Of a DNA stretch of 64,000 nucleotides, positions 1 through 28,993 are shown piece by piece. The stretch spans positions 41,974,001 to 42,038,000 of the forward strand of contig NC_083292.1 of the NCBI RefSeq assembly GCF_963506605.1, written 5' to 3'. Made by a program: the position numbers and the translations under genes. Below the pieces are notes generated by a model that did no database searches, had not been told where the DNA came from, and was given only the letters and a program-made list of their open reading frames with translations. This stretch comes from Zootoca vivipara. Taxonomy: Eukaryota. Within the stretch, counting starts at the first letter, position 1. Each line of letters begins with the position of its first letter.

Positions 1-342
1 GGGGACCCAGAACACAGCCTGGGAAGCAGGGTGCCAAAGCCCAAATGCTTCACCCAACTGGGGAGAGTTAGAGGGGACGCCTGGAAGAGGCCTTTTATAG
101 AGTGTGCTTTTGCTTTTCCAGAAACAAGTGATGAAGAAAGGGGGGGGGGGTTTAGTTGCTGTTTAGTTAATATTGCTTTTTGGATCATAAATGCCTTTTT
201 TGGTTATTTGTTAATCATATAATGTGACTTAAGTTGTGATTGGGATGCTTGCCTTTCTTGTTGTTGTTAATTGAGTTGCTGACATTTTAGTGCAGTTTTT
301 TAGATCAAAAATCTTTTACTGATTATTTGTACTGATTATTTG

Positions 343-663
343 GCCTTTTCAGTACTGGCCCCAACTTGGTGGAACGCTCTTTCCCAGGAGACCAGGGCCC
401 TGCAGGATTTGTCATCTTTCCGCAAGGCCTGCAAGACAGAGCTGTTCCGCCTGGCCTTTGGGTTAGACTCAGCTTGACCCCTGTGTTTTTCCTCCCTCAT
501 GGCTTGGATTTATGGAATACTTGAATTGAGGCTGCACTTTAAATTTTAATACGGTATTTTAATCTGTATTTTAATTAATTGTTTTTATGTTTTATTGTAA
601 TTCTGTTGGTGTCAGCCGCCCTGAGCCCGGTTTTTGACTGGGGAAGGCGGGGTATAAATAAAA

Positions 664-712
<49 letters not shown>
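343..712 (+). mobile_element. L2-type LINE 3' fragment with (TTA)n tail
   Basis: Translates AFSVLAPTWWNALSQETRALQDLSSFRKACKTELFRLAFG, a typical L2 ORF2 C-terminus; AT-rich 3' UTR and microsatellite tail. Confidence 0.8.
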
Positions 713-1881
713 TATGTTGTACCGGTACATGTGATGTCCTGTTTCGTTACTGTTGTTTATAAGCTACTTTGGGATTCATTTGAATGGAAAGTGGTGTAGA
801 AATAAACCATAGAATCACAGAGCTGTAGAAATCAAATCAATCAAAATGGGGAAGGGTCTCTGGAAGGGTGGAGGGGAGAGTTGCTGCTGCTCCCTTCTTT
901 TTCTTTTTTAAAAAAGAGCTGTATTGCTTTTTTAGCAGGGGTAAGTCAGTCTAGCAGCCACATGTGGCAAATGTCAGACTCCTGGGCCAGATCCTGTTCC
1001 CTATTTGCCCTTCCCTGAAGGAGACAGTGGCTGAGATCCAAGGGACACCCCCCACCTCCTCTGGGCCTCTAAGATCAGGAACAGATAAGCTTTATCAGAC
1101 CAAGGGCCGCCTCTTCATGTGAGAAGCCTTCCAGGGGCCGCATGCCAGCAATGGGCGGGGCCAGGGGCAAAAGGCGGGCAGAGCAACTGAGATGCCTCTC
1201 CACATCCCAGCCATGCAAAAGCCAGAGGTTTCCACACTCAGCTCTCTCTCACACACCTCTCTCTCCTCCTGCTGCACCTTCCCGGAGGCAAGCAAGAGGC
1301 AAGATTCACCACTTGAAGACACTTTCCTGGCAGGCCACCAACTTGGATGACTTTTAAAGAGGATTGGGGAAATTTGAGGAGGAGGAGGAGGCTATCATGG
1401 CTACCAGCCGTGATGGCTCTGCTCTGCCTGCATGGTGAAGGGCAGCAATGCATCTGAATCCCAGTTGCTGGAAGCCACAGGAGGGGAAAGGGTTGCTCTT
1501 GTGCTTGGATCCTACTTGCGGGTTTCCCCAAAAAGGCACCTGGTTGTCCACTGCGAGGACAGAAGGCTGGACTAGATGGGCTTCCTTTGGCCTGACCCAG
1601 AAGCCAGGATCTTCTGTGGTCCTTATGGAACCTCCAACTTCAGATGCAGTCTGTCTAACTTCCCAAGCTCTTTGGGACATTTGGCCCCTGTGAGGACAGG
1701 AGGCTGGACGAGATGGTCCACCTTTGGCTGGATCCAGCTACAGGGCTCTTTTGAAGTTCACTCAAGGAGCAAAGCCAGGGCGGGAAGAGGCCAGAGGGCC
1801 AGGCTGCTCCTGTCGCACACCCATGCAGCACGTGGCCCCACCCTCCCCCAAAGTTGCCACTGGGGCAATGAGTTCGCTCAC

Positions 1882-2006
1882 CGGTAGGTGGCCACTTCCA
1901 GGCTGAGGGACATCTTGAGGTGCATCAGCTGCTGGCGCTCCTCCAGGACCTGGGCGATCTGGACCCGCAGAGACTGCTTCTCCTCCTCCAGGGACTCGAT
2001 GGCCAG
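1882..2006 (-). CDS. NES: NES coding exon 2 (125 nt)
   Basis: Acceptor ...CAACAG|CTG, donor TACCG|GTGAGC; encodes the coil-2B end HLKMSLSLEVATYR. Confidence 0.92.
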
Positions 2007-4596
2007 CTGTTGAGGCAGAGGAGAGACAGGGGCATCTGTGAGCCAAGGGACAGCTCACGGAAGGGCCACCGCAGCAGGTGGGCTGGAGGGGAGGACACAG
2101 CTCCTGGCCCTGGCCTAGGAATTGCTAGAGGAACCTCCACCTCCCATAAAACTACAGAGGTGGGAGCTACCAAGGGTCCAACCACCCTGCAATGCAGGAA
2201 GCACAGATAATCTCACGGTGCCCACTAAGATGATGGGCATGACAACAGGGAGAGAGTTTCCTCTGGGTGTTTTGGCTCAGGAGAAACCCTTCGCCAGGCA
2301 GGCACATCAGCCAGGGGGTTGGACTAAATGACCCTTGAGGTCCCTTTCAACCCTACAATTCTAGGATTCTATGATCCTTCCAGGGTCTGCCTTGTGACAA
2401 CCTGACACTATGCCTTGCAGCACAGCATCGCTTGGGCCTGCTGAAGGGGGAATGGAGAAAGGCTTCCCCAAAGAGCTTACATGGGGGACCTTTAGCCCCC
2501 CCAATGTGGTCAACTGAAGCTTCCTCTCCCCCCAGCATGGCCCATTGTCAAGGCTGAAGGAAGTGGGAGGCCATCAATATCTGAGGACCAGAAGTTCCAC
2601 ACTGCCACTTCCTGGCTGTCTCCAAAACCACCTCTCTCTCTTTCCAAGTGAGCGAGAATTTGCACAACTCCCTGCCTGCCCCCACACTTGCAATCCTGCT
2701 TCTGAACCACAACCTCCCTGCCCTCCTGTCCCCACACCCCTCCTTGCCCCAAATCTCCCCCTGCTTCCACACCTGAGTGGAAGCCCACGGTGGCACACAA
2801 ACCACAAAAGAGCCACAAATCATAGAATGGTAAAGTCAGAAGTGACACAAAGGGTCATTCAGTTCAGCTCAGGAATAATGGGCAGCTGGGCAGCCACTCT
2901 GAAGACAGGAGGCTGGACGAGGTAGAGGCCCTCCCCACGAACAGCATACAAACTGGAGTAGAAGTGAAACCCACCCTAGGGCAGGCCGGAGGTCCAGCAC
3001 AAATGAGAATATTTTTAAAAGCAGCAGCAGTCTAAAAAACTGGTGCAGATATTCTTATTCCCCCCAGCCCAGGCCAGGCATGTGTAAAAGGGTTCAAGAT
3101 AAAACGGGAGTTTTCTTGTCCTAGGAAAAGCCAAAGCTTTGCCCCTCCCACCCCCCTGGCACAGATACAGACTCTTGGGATCCCCCCCCTTCCTGCATGC
3201 TCAGAGTAGGGAGTCTGGCATGGAGACCCCCACCCAGGCAGGCCCAGGCACAATGTTCTGCATGTGCAACAGACCCCCTTGGAAGGTGACAGGCTCTCCT
3301 ACCAGTATGTTGGATGTTTTTAAGCAGAGCCGAGATGGCCACCTGTTGGAGTTTCTCTGCGCGGGATTCCTGCATTGCAGGGGGCTGGACCTGATGACAC
3401 TTGAGGTCCCAACTATTGTTCTATTAATCCCCTTCCCTCGGTGCCCAGGCTTGGCTTCAACCCTCTTTGACTCATGGGTAGATAAAAACCCACAGGCCAC
3501 CCCATCTTCCAAACATCTCCACTCTGTTCCCTAGTGGGCGGATCACTTGGACGCCAGAGGAGCCACCTGGCAACTCTCTCGCTGCTGCTGACGCTCCACG
3601 GGTCCTTTCCAAGCAGAGGGTGCCTCTTCCCCCAGCCCCCAAATCGCACAAGCTGCACTTGGAACCATAGGGTCGGAAGGGACCCCCAAGGGTCATGTAG
3701 CCCAACTCGCTGCAGTGCACTGGAGTGGCCCGGAAGCGCCGCCCCGCCCCACCCCCGCCCTCCTGCTGACCCACCTGGAGCTGCCCGGCCTCGCCGTGCT
3801 GCTGCTGCCACTGCTGCGCCAGACTCTCCTCCAGGACCTCCTTGCGGATCTTCAGGCCGGCCAGCTCCTTCTCCAGCTGCTGGAGGCGCAGCTGGCCCTG
3901 CCGGTTGCCCTCGGTGGCTCTCCAGAGATTCTCCTTGGCCTCGCCCAGGGCGGCCTCCAGCTGCCAGACCTCCGCCTTGTACGTCTCGGCGGCCCCCTTC
4001 CAGATGCTGGAGAGGCGCTGCGCATAGTCCTCCACCTCGGCAGGCTGGAAGCAGCCCTCGGCCGTCGGGGCGGCGCGCCGGCCGCTCTGCAGACTCCCCA
4101 CGCCGCCGCCGCCTACCGCCTCCTGGCCCAGCGCCGCCTTCTCATCCCGGTGCGCCTCGTCCAGCGCCCGCACCTCCTGTTCCAGCTGCGCCGCCTTCTC
4201 GCGGAGCCACAGCTGCGCCCGGCGCTCCTCCTCCAGCTCCTTCCTGCTCCGCGACAGCATCCTCTTGGCCTCGTCGCGGGCCGCCCTCTCCCGCTGGCAC
4301 CGGCCCGTCGCCTGCTGCACCTCGTCGCGCAGCGCGTCCCGGGCCAGCTCGGCCGACGCCTTGTCGCGGAAAGCCTGCTCCAGGGTAGCCCTCAGCGCCG
4401 CCACCTCGCCCTCGTAGCGCGCCCGCCACGAGCCCTCGACGGGGCTCAGGCGCAAGCCCTGCACCTCGGCGCGCAGCCCCTCGTTCTCCTCCTCCAGGTG
4501 CTTCACGCGGGACAGGTAAGCCTCCAGCCGCTTGTTGAGGTCCCACATCTGCAGGGACTCCTCGCTTAAGGCGCGAGAGCCCACGAACGCCTCCAT
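1882..4596 (-). CDS. NES: Nestin (type VI intermediate filament), 5' part of gene: coding exons 1-2; remaining exons not found in the window
   Basis: Exon 1 4596-3775 and exon 2 2006-1882 translate to an IF rod: MEAFVGSRALSEESLQMWDLNKRLEAYLSRVKHLEEEN... and LAIESLEEEKQSLRVQIAQVLEERQQLMHLKMSLSLEVATYR. Very short head and LEVATYR rod end as in nestin; canonical GT-AG with consistent phase. Confidence 0.93.
3775..4596 (-). CDS. NES: NES coding exon 1 (822 nt, 274 aa)
   Basis: Kozak GCGGCCATGG with ATG at 4596; donor CAG|GTGGGT, exon ends at 3775; lies in a CpG island. Confidence 0.92.
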
Positions 4597-6907
4597 GGCC
4601 GCCGGGGAGCCTGGTTGGATGGCAGCGAGATCGAGACGAGACAGAGAAGCAGGCGGTGTCCCGGAGCTAGGCGGACGGTCCAGGGCAGCGAACAAGCGCC
4701 CAGGCGCAACAGCACCGCTATTCATACTGGCCGGGAGGAGGAGGAGGGCTCCGAGGGGAGGGGGCTGGCCTTAATCCCTCCCACCCCCCTCACTCGAGGG
4801 AAGGCGAACGAAGGAGCAGCCCGGAGCCCAGGAGCAAATGCCAGAGGGGCTGCCCCATGGAAGACAAGCCAGCTGGTTTTCTGCTGCTCCAGAGGGCAGG
4901 GCCCCGACTCCAATGCCAAGGAAGGAGATCCCGACATTAGGAAGACCTTTCCGATAGGTAGTAAGAGCAGTTATACACGCGAAGGGGCTCCCACATTCCT
5001 CTGAAGTTTTTAAGCAGAGCTTGGATGGCCACCTGTCATGGGCACGTCAGCGCTGCTTCCTGGGTTGCACGGGGTTGGACTGGACTTCTAAACCTAAGGT
5101 TCTAGGATTCTAAGGCCAAGAGAAGGGAAGAGCCCACCCCGCGATAAATTTCTGGATCTGCGCCGCAGTTCCTTCCCCCTCTGCCTCCTCGCCATTCATT
5201 CACCACGTGACGAAAACGGGACTAAATTTGGAGAGGAGAATACAGGTTCCTATCTAAATTCAAAGCCCTTGGCTTCCTGCAGAGAATCCTGGGAACGGTG
5301 CGGAAAGCTAGTTCCCAGAAACCCCATTTTTAAAAAACCTACAGTTCCCAGGGCACAAGGAGAAGGACGAGGGCACAGAGGACAAGATGGTTGGACAGTG
5401 TTCTCGAAGCCACCAACATGAGTGGGAGGCAGTGGAAGACAGGAGCCTGGCGTGCTCTGGTCCATGGGGTCACGAAGAGGCGGACACGACTACACGACTA
5501 AACAACACAGTTCCCATAATTCATTTTTTTGTGGGGGGGCATGTGCTTTCAATGTACAGTATGGTGTCGAGGTAGCTAGAGAGACTGAAGGGGGAAGTAA
5601 TGCAAAGCAGGCACAGAAGACCACCGAAAGAACCCAGAGGCTGAATCAGGCTCAAGGAGGGAGGGGGCATCACAGTGGCCAACCGGATTATGCCTATTCT
5701 GGGAAGCCCGCAAGCAGAGCCCGAGGGCAACGGCAGCTCTCCCTTGCAGCTGCTCTCCAGCACATGGGGTGCAAAGGTAGACTGCTCCTGAATGTGGAGC
5801 TTGTGCTCAGCCGTCACAATGCGTGGCCACTTCGGGCTGCCATATTTCAACGAGTGAAAATTGTTTTTAAACTATTTTTTCGAAATTCTCAAAAAAACAA
5901 AACAACCCCCAACTTTCAGACATGGGTTGCCATACGCCCTACCCCGCCCTCTGCGTGATCCCGCTTTGATGCTGCCTTGAAACCTTGTGGCCTCGAGTTC
6001 CATAGTTTACGCTGCGGAGTGGTGGAGCCCCCCCCCCCATCTGCCCCTTGAGATTTAAGCCGAACTTGGAGGGAAAACCCGTCCCTGGAAACCAAACCCC
6101 AAGGCCCAGGAGGACCGTCCACACCTGTCCTGTTCAAGGCAGCTTTTGCGCAGCAGGGGCAACGGCAGGCGGATCAGAGGGGAAAGAGGGGTGCGTGGGT
6201 TGCAAACAGGGGTTGACATCCTGTCCCGCCGCCTCCCCCCACCTTTTCCCGGTAAAATGTGAGTGAATAAATTTGGAGGAGTCCTCCCTCCCACCAGGAA
6301 CCCCATAAACGAGGCACGTTTTTTGGACCTGCTCCCCAAACCATAGGCAATGGCGCCCCCTAGTGGACAGTGCGCCAACAGCCGCTGCTCATAAATCCAC
6401 CTGCCTGGGGGTTCCCAGGGGGGACGAGTCCGCCCCATGCAGAACTGACCAGGACAGCAGCCTTGCACTCACCCTGACTGGCAGCAACAGCTCTCCAGGG
6501 CTTCAGGAAGGCATGTGCAGCCACCTGTCTGGGGCTCATGAGGCCTAGCACCCTTTGTAAACCCTGGGGGTGCTGGTGCCCTTCTGTCACAGTAAGTTTT
6601 TGAGAAAATCTGCTGCTGCTCCCCCACCCACCCCATTTCAGCACCTCCATGAGTGGATCCGTGTCTGTGGCTTTTCCCTCCAAGTCAGCAAAAAGGTGAT
6701 TAGTTTGAAGGGGCCTCTGGCCAGCATCCGTTCAGTCAGGAGGGAATGTCCTTCTGCCAAGTGGGGCTTTCCAGGTGGGAGCACCATATGGCCACAATGG
6801 AACACACTCCATTATCACAGATGTGCTGGCAGCAATGGAATAACTTCAGTGGGTCCCCCCAGGAAGGTCCAAGAGGGAAACTCGGCAGGTGGTGGGTGTT
6901 ATGTGAA

Positions 6908-7256
6908 TAAAACATGGAGGGACCTGGTTTGAACAGAGATATCGGATTCTTATCTCATTATACATGATAAGCGATCTTCAGCCATCTCAACCCTTGCTTT
7001 TTCATGCAAAACCATTTGCAGTCGTTTTCGGTCATCAACAGCTATCAGTCAGTCAATCACCCACTTCCACCACCCTTCTGAGTGATCCCCCCTCCCCTCC
7101 CCATCCCCACCCCTCCCCACCCCTTCTCTACATAAGTGCCTGGGGACTTCTATTTCACTGTATCTGAAGAAGTGTGCATGCACACGAAAGCTCATACCAA
7201 AATAAAAACTTAGTTGGTCTTTAAGGTGCTACTGAAGGATTTTTTTTATTTTTTTT
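6908..7256 (+). mobile_element. 5'-truncated Penelope-like retroelement (ORF end + 3' region with hammerhead motif)
   Basis: 6914-6967 reads MEGPGLNRDIGFLSHYT*, resembling the GLNRD motif that ends PLE GIY-YIG ORFs; followed by the hammerhead motif, AATAAA and a GTCTTTAAGGTGC terminus. Confidence 0.8.
7160..7197 (+). ncRNA. Minimal type-I hammerhead ribozyme motif (copy 1)
   Basis: GTAT-CTGAAGA-A-GTGTGCATGCACAC-GAAA-GC-TC-ATAC: CUGANGA and GAAA core boxes, palindromic stem II, GTAT/ATAC stem I, UC cleavage site. Confidence 0.75.
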
Positions 7257-8020
7257 AATGATATGCAAAGTGATTTATAGCTTCTTAGTAAAGACTATAC
7301 CATATCCAGACTCTTTATATTCAAAATAACTTTGCTTTCAAAAACATATAACTCAGAAGAATATTTTTACAATCTCATGCTTATTCAAACGTGGGTACAT
7401 TCTCAGTTGAATTGTAATTGAAGTCTTAGTTAGACTTATAAGCGAAACTGTCTTGAGACTTGCACCCGGGTTTTACCTCCCTCAGGCCTTACAGCTTCTT
7501 CTGAAAGGTTTTCACTTTTACCTCAGCAATATTCAGTTTGTTCCTTATAGAGAGATCCTGCACAGGATTCCCCGTGCATTCCCCGTTAACATTTCGGGAC
7601 CTTCCTGACAGGCACTCAGGAGCCTGAAGAAACCACTTTCTAGCAGCCATTCTCCCACACACACAGAGAGAGGAGAGCAGAAAAAGCAGTTTATAAAATT
7701 GCTGGAATAACAGTCACAACAGAAAGGAATGCCTTTCCCATGTGACTTACAGTCAGCCAATCACATGAGAGAGCTATGGCCAAAGGAAAAACCCCATGTT
7801 AAAAAATACACAGCAAATCCACCTAAGCAAACATTCCCATTTCAGGAAATTAAACCATTATCCTTAACAATGGAGCCATTTCAGGGATTGATTCCTCTTG
7901 GATAGACCCATTTCTCAGGAGTAGGGCCCCTAGATGCAGACTGTGCTGTTGCTCTTCAGCCTGGGCTCCAGTTTAAGGCTTTTAATGGTCAAAATTTACA
8001 TCACACTGTTGTGACACTTT

Positions 8021-8205
8021 GGGGATGCTGTGGGGTTAGTGGCAGAGCAGCTGCTTAGCATGCAGAAGGTCCCACCAGCAGCATCTACAGGAAGGGCTGG
8101 GAGTGAGTTTCCTTACCCTGGAGAGCTGCTGCCAGTCAGTGCAAGCAATATGGAGTGAGATGGACCAGCAGTCTAACTCAGCCTAAGGTGGTTTCAGAGG
8201 TTCCT
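8021..8205 (+). mobile_element. tRNA-derived squamate SINE; other degenerate copies at ~18200, 18425, 23570, 23930(-), 31940, 52925(-), 57610(-), 59165, 59380
   Basis: tRNA-like head TAGTGGCAGAGCA...GCATGCAGAAGGTCCC plus shared body CCCTGGAGAGCTGCTGCCAGTCAGTG. Confidence 0.65.
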
Positions 8206-10015
8206 CCCCCAAGAATAACCAGGACAACTTTTCTGAGTTTCCACTAAACAAGAGTGGAAAACCCAGTATGTTTATTGACTATAAAACTTGCTAACAAATT
8301 TATTTAAAAACAAAACAAAACTATTCCCCTGCCTACTTGCAAAGGATATGCAGTCATATTACATATTCAGCACTGTTTCTTTTCTGTATAAATTTGAATT
8401 TAAATGGTCTGTAAAAAAAACCCAAGCAGACGTCTGCGATGTCAACTGATCCAAAGGAGACCGTTGCCTGTGCTTCCAACTGATCTGAGGATCCTAGCAA
8501 ACAGCTCACCTGGTCTCTTGGGAAATAGACATTCCTGATTCTGCAGTCAATTGTGAGGTCAGAGCCTGACCAAGGTCTGGCCCTGCAGACTCTGGGCCCT
8601 GGTGGAAACTCTCTTTCCCTGCCCTGTGGCCCCACTTGGCATGTTGCCAAGCTCTTGGCCCACCCCTTAATTTACCCCCACCAAGGGGGGTAGGCAGCTG
8701 GATCTAGGCTAGTTCCCCCAAACACCCCCAGCCTTGCAGGAAGTAAGGGGGCCTCGACTGTGGTCCAGTTTCTGATGCCTCCTTAAAACTCACCTGTCCA
8801 CTCAGGTGGTTCTCCATGTGCTCCTTGTGGATTGTTGGTTCCAGAAGTTTGAATGTTCTTGCCTTTTGATTTTAGTGTGGAGGCTGAACTGTCTTATGGA
8901 GCCACCTTCTCTCTCTGCTTGGGTGCACACCCACATTCACCACCTCTGGGCATCTTTCAAAAAACATGTTTGTGCTCCCACATTTATGTATTTTATTACG
9001 TATCTCCAAGTTCCACCTTTCCATATTCCACCTTTCCTCTGGGGAACTCAAGGGGGTGCTCTCCCCCTCTACAAATTATCTTCACAACCCTGTGAGGTAG
9101 GCTAGGCAGAGAGCCTGAGACCAGGCCCAAGGTCGCCCAGGGAGCTTCGTGGCCGAGTGGGAATTTTAAGCCTGGGCTCTCAGGGATGGAACTAACCACT
9201 GCACACCAGTGAATTCAATTTTTAACTGCCCTGATTTTTCCATTTCCGTTTTCTTCCTGTATTTCAGTGCCCATCTAGTCCAGCCTTGTGTCTTTGCAGA
9301 TGCCTCTTATGAGAAGCCCACAAGCAGGGCTGCCCCCACTTGCAATGGGTCCCAGCAGCTTGTGTTCAGGGGAATTTACTGCCTCCTGTACTGGACACAG
9401 CAGCACACAGCTATGGGGGAACCAGCAGCCACCTAAACCCTTTAAAGTCCTCCAAATTGGAGGCCACTGCAATCCTTCACAGAGCATTGTACAGTTTAAT
9501 ATGTTTAGATACATGCTACCGTATTTGAATGACGTTCTTTCACCTGTCCAGAGTCCTCAAACATTCAGATTCCTTGGATGACCCCACTACAGTCTAGCAT
9601 CAGGGGACAGCTACACGTTTCCTGCATTGCAGGGGGTTGGACTAGAATCCTCAGGGTTCCTTCTGACTCTACAGCTGTAGGATTCTATGATTACAAGGTA
9701 GACAAACCTCTCTCCATCCCCACAAACATTTGGGCTGCCCTTGGCTGAACGCCTCCCTGCTCTACGAGATGCCTTTGAGATGCAGGAAGCAGAACCAGAA
9801 CTAGTGCTTTGCAGGATTGTTCATGGGGTCCTTCTGGATTAACAAAATGTCTGTCGGGGGTGGAATCTGAGACAGGTTTGCCCCCCCCTCCATGGATGCC
9901 CACCTCACCCTGTCAAGTGCCACTCAGCTTGGCTCAGTTAGCAGCGACTGAAGAGCACAGGACACGCCCAATAGCTTCCGCTTCAATCGTCTTCCCCCTT
10001 TAGGTGATTTTCAAA

Positions 10016-10454
10016 CATAAGGAGGGCCTGACTGCTGGATCAGGCCAAAAGGGACCCATCTAGACCAGCATCCTGTTCTCACAGGGGCCAAGCCTATTCT
10101 GGGGAAACCACAAGCAGGATCCAAGCACAAGAGCAATTCTCCCCTCCTGTGGCTTCCAGCAACCGGCATTCAGAAGCACGGCGGCCTCTGATCGTGAAGA
10201 GCAGAGCACAGCCATCATTGCTAGTAGCCATCGATATCCCTCTCCTCCTCCATGAATTTGCCCAACCCTCTTTTAAAACCATTCAGGTTGGCGGCCATCG
10301 GAGCCTCCTGTGGGAAGGAGGTCCAAAGTTTTATCTAGGCCTGACTTTTGACTGTCCTATCTCCCAACATCCATCTTTTCTCTGTCCCCTTTCTCTGTGC
10401 CACATGCAATTTTATAAACTTCTATCATGTCGCCTCTTCGCCTTTTCTCTAAAC
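10016..10454 (-). mobile_element. CR1-type LINE 3' end; related fragments at ~1340-1625(+), 18745-19060(-), 20165-20530(-)
   Basis: CATAAG...TGCTGGATCAGGCC...CATCTAG.CCAGCATCCTGTTCTCACAG 3' UTR followed by the reverse complement of an RT C-terminus. Confidence 0.65.
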
Positions 10455-10732
10455 CAGGCATGTCCAAAGTCTGTTTTGGGGGCCTAATCCAGCCCGCCAG
10501 CTGGTTTAATCCGGCCCCTGTGGCAGTTTATTTCCTGGGGTAAAATCCTAAAAAAAACTCAACAACCTCAACCCTAATAAAAACTCCACAACTTCAATCC
10601 TAATAAAAGCTCAACAACTTCGGCGTAAAATCCGAAAAAAGCTCAACAACTATGGTTGGCCCTTTGTTTGGCCCTTACGGCCCTTCACTTCATCAAATCT
10701 GGCCCTCTTTGAAAAAAGTCTGGACACCACTG
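10455..10732. mobile_element. hAT-type MITE with internal tandem repeats
   Basis: CAGGCATGTCCAAA...TGGACACCACTG termini; about 4 internal ~23-nt units of AATCCTAAnAAAAnCTCAACAAC. Confidence 0.65.
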
Positions 10733-11545
10733 TAACTAAAAAGTCCCAAAGGGTGCAACCTTTCCTCATGGAAGTCACTCCACCCCCTTGATCCTTTCGG
10801 GTGCCCTTGGCTGAATCTTCCCCACCTTCCTTTTCCTTGCAGGGGGATGGCTCCAAAGCACCACAAAACAAGGTATTTGAAAGAAAAAAAGGCCAGCCAG
10901 CAATTGCTGCACTTGCCTAGAGCCTCCCAGGAGCCCCTTTTGGCCAGTGGGGGTGTGTCCTCTGGGGGACGTTGGCAGGCAGTCCCTGCGAAGCAGACGT
11001 CAGCCACCTGTGTTGAGGCAACCTGGGGAGGGGGATGCAGATGGCAACATCGGAGGCTCATTTCATGGGGTTGAGGGTGAGGCCTTTCACGCCCAAATGC
11101 CCTTTATTCCACCCCCACCCTGTTTTGAGAAGGTGCAAAGGACCAGCCCCCCCCCAATTTCACCACAGAGCGCCAGGAAGCAAATCCAAAACCATGGTTG
11201 TTTTTTTAAAAAGGCATTCAACTGCTTTTATTTCAAAGTGGCTGACCAGCATTTCCCAACCCCCTAGAAAGGACTAACTCAAAGCGCGGGACCCGCAAAA
11301 TGGCGGGGCCAGGAGAGGAGAGGAGAGGGAGAGAGAGAGATGGAGGGAGGGAGAGAGAGAGATGGAGGGAGGCAGCTGGGCAGAGCAATTTCCTTCCGCT
11401 TCCTTCCGCTGAAATGTGGCTCCTGACCCCCCTCCCCACGAGTGGCACAGGCAGCGGGTCGGAGTCTGGTTCTGAGCACCCAGGGAAACCGCCAGCAGGC
11501 CGGGATCGGGTCCGGAGAAGGAGAAGAGCAGGTCGGGTCGGCCGG

Positions 11546-28993
<17,448 letters not shown>

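Noticed and set aside
1-1881. NES exon 3 and the rodent-type intron-2 neural enhancer
   Set aside because: No TLLEAE-like exon or clear Sox/POU cluster was found; this stretch is largely repeats.
3534-4569. Two 284-aa plus-strand ORFs
   Set aside because: They are antisense shadows of the GC-rich NES exon 1 with no independent protein features.
4597-4725. Longer N-terminus of ORF 3472-4725 (MNSGAV...)
   Set aside because: Nestin similarity and the strong Kozak context start at ATG 4596; the upstream part is probably 5' UTR or promoter.
8021-8100. tRNA gene
   Set aside because: This is a degenerate SINE head with no complete cloverleaf.
10544-10650. Regularly spaced ~23-nt repeats (CRISPR-like appearance)
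   Set aside because: They are tandem units without unique spacers, inside a eukaryotic MITE.
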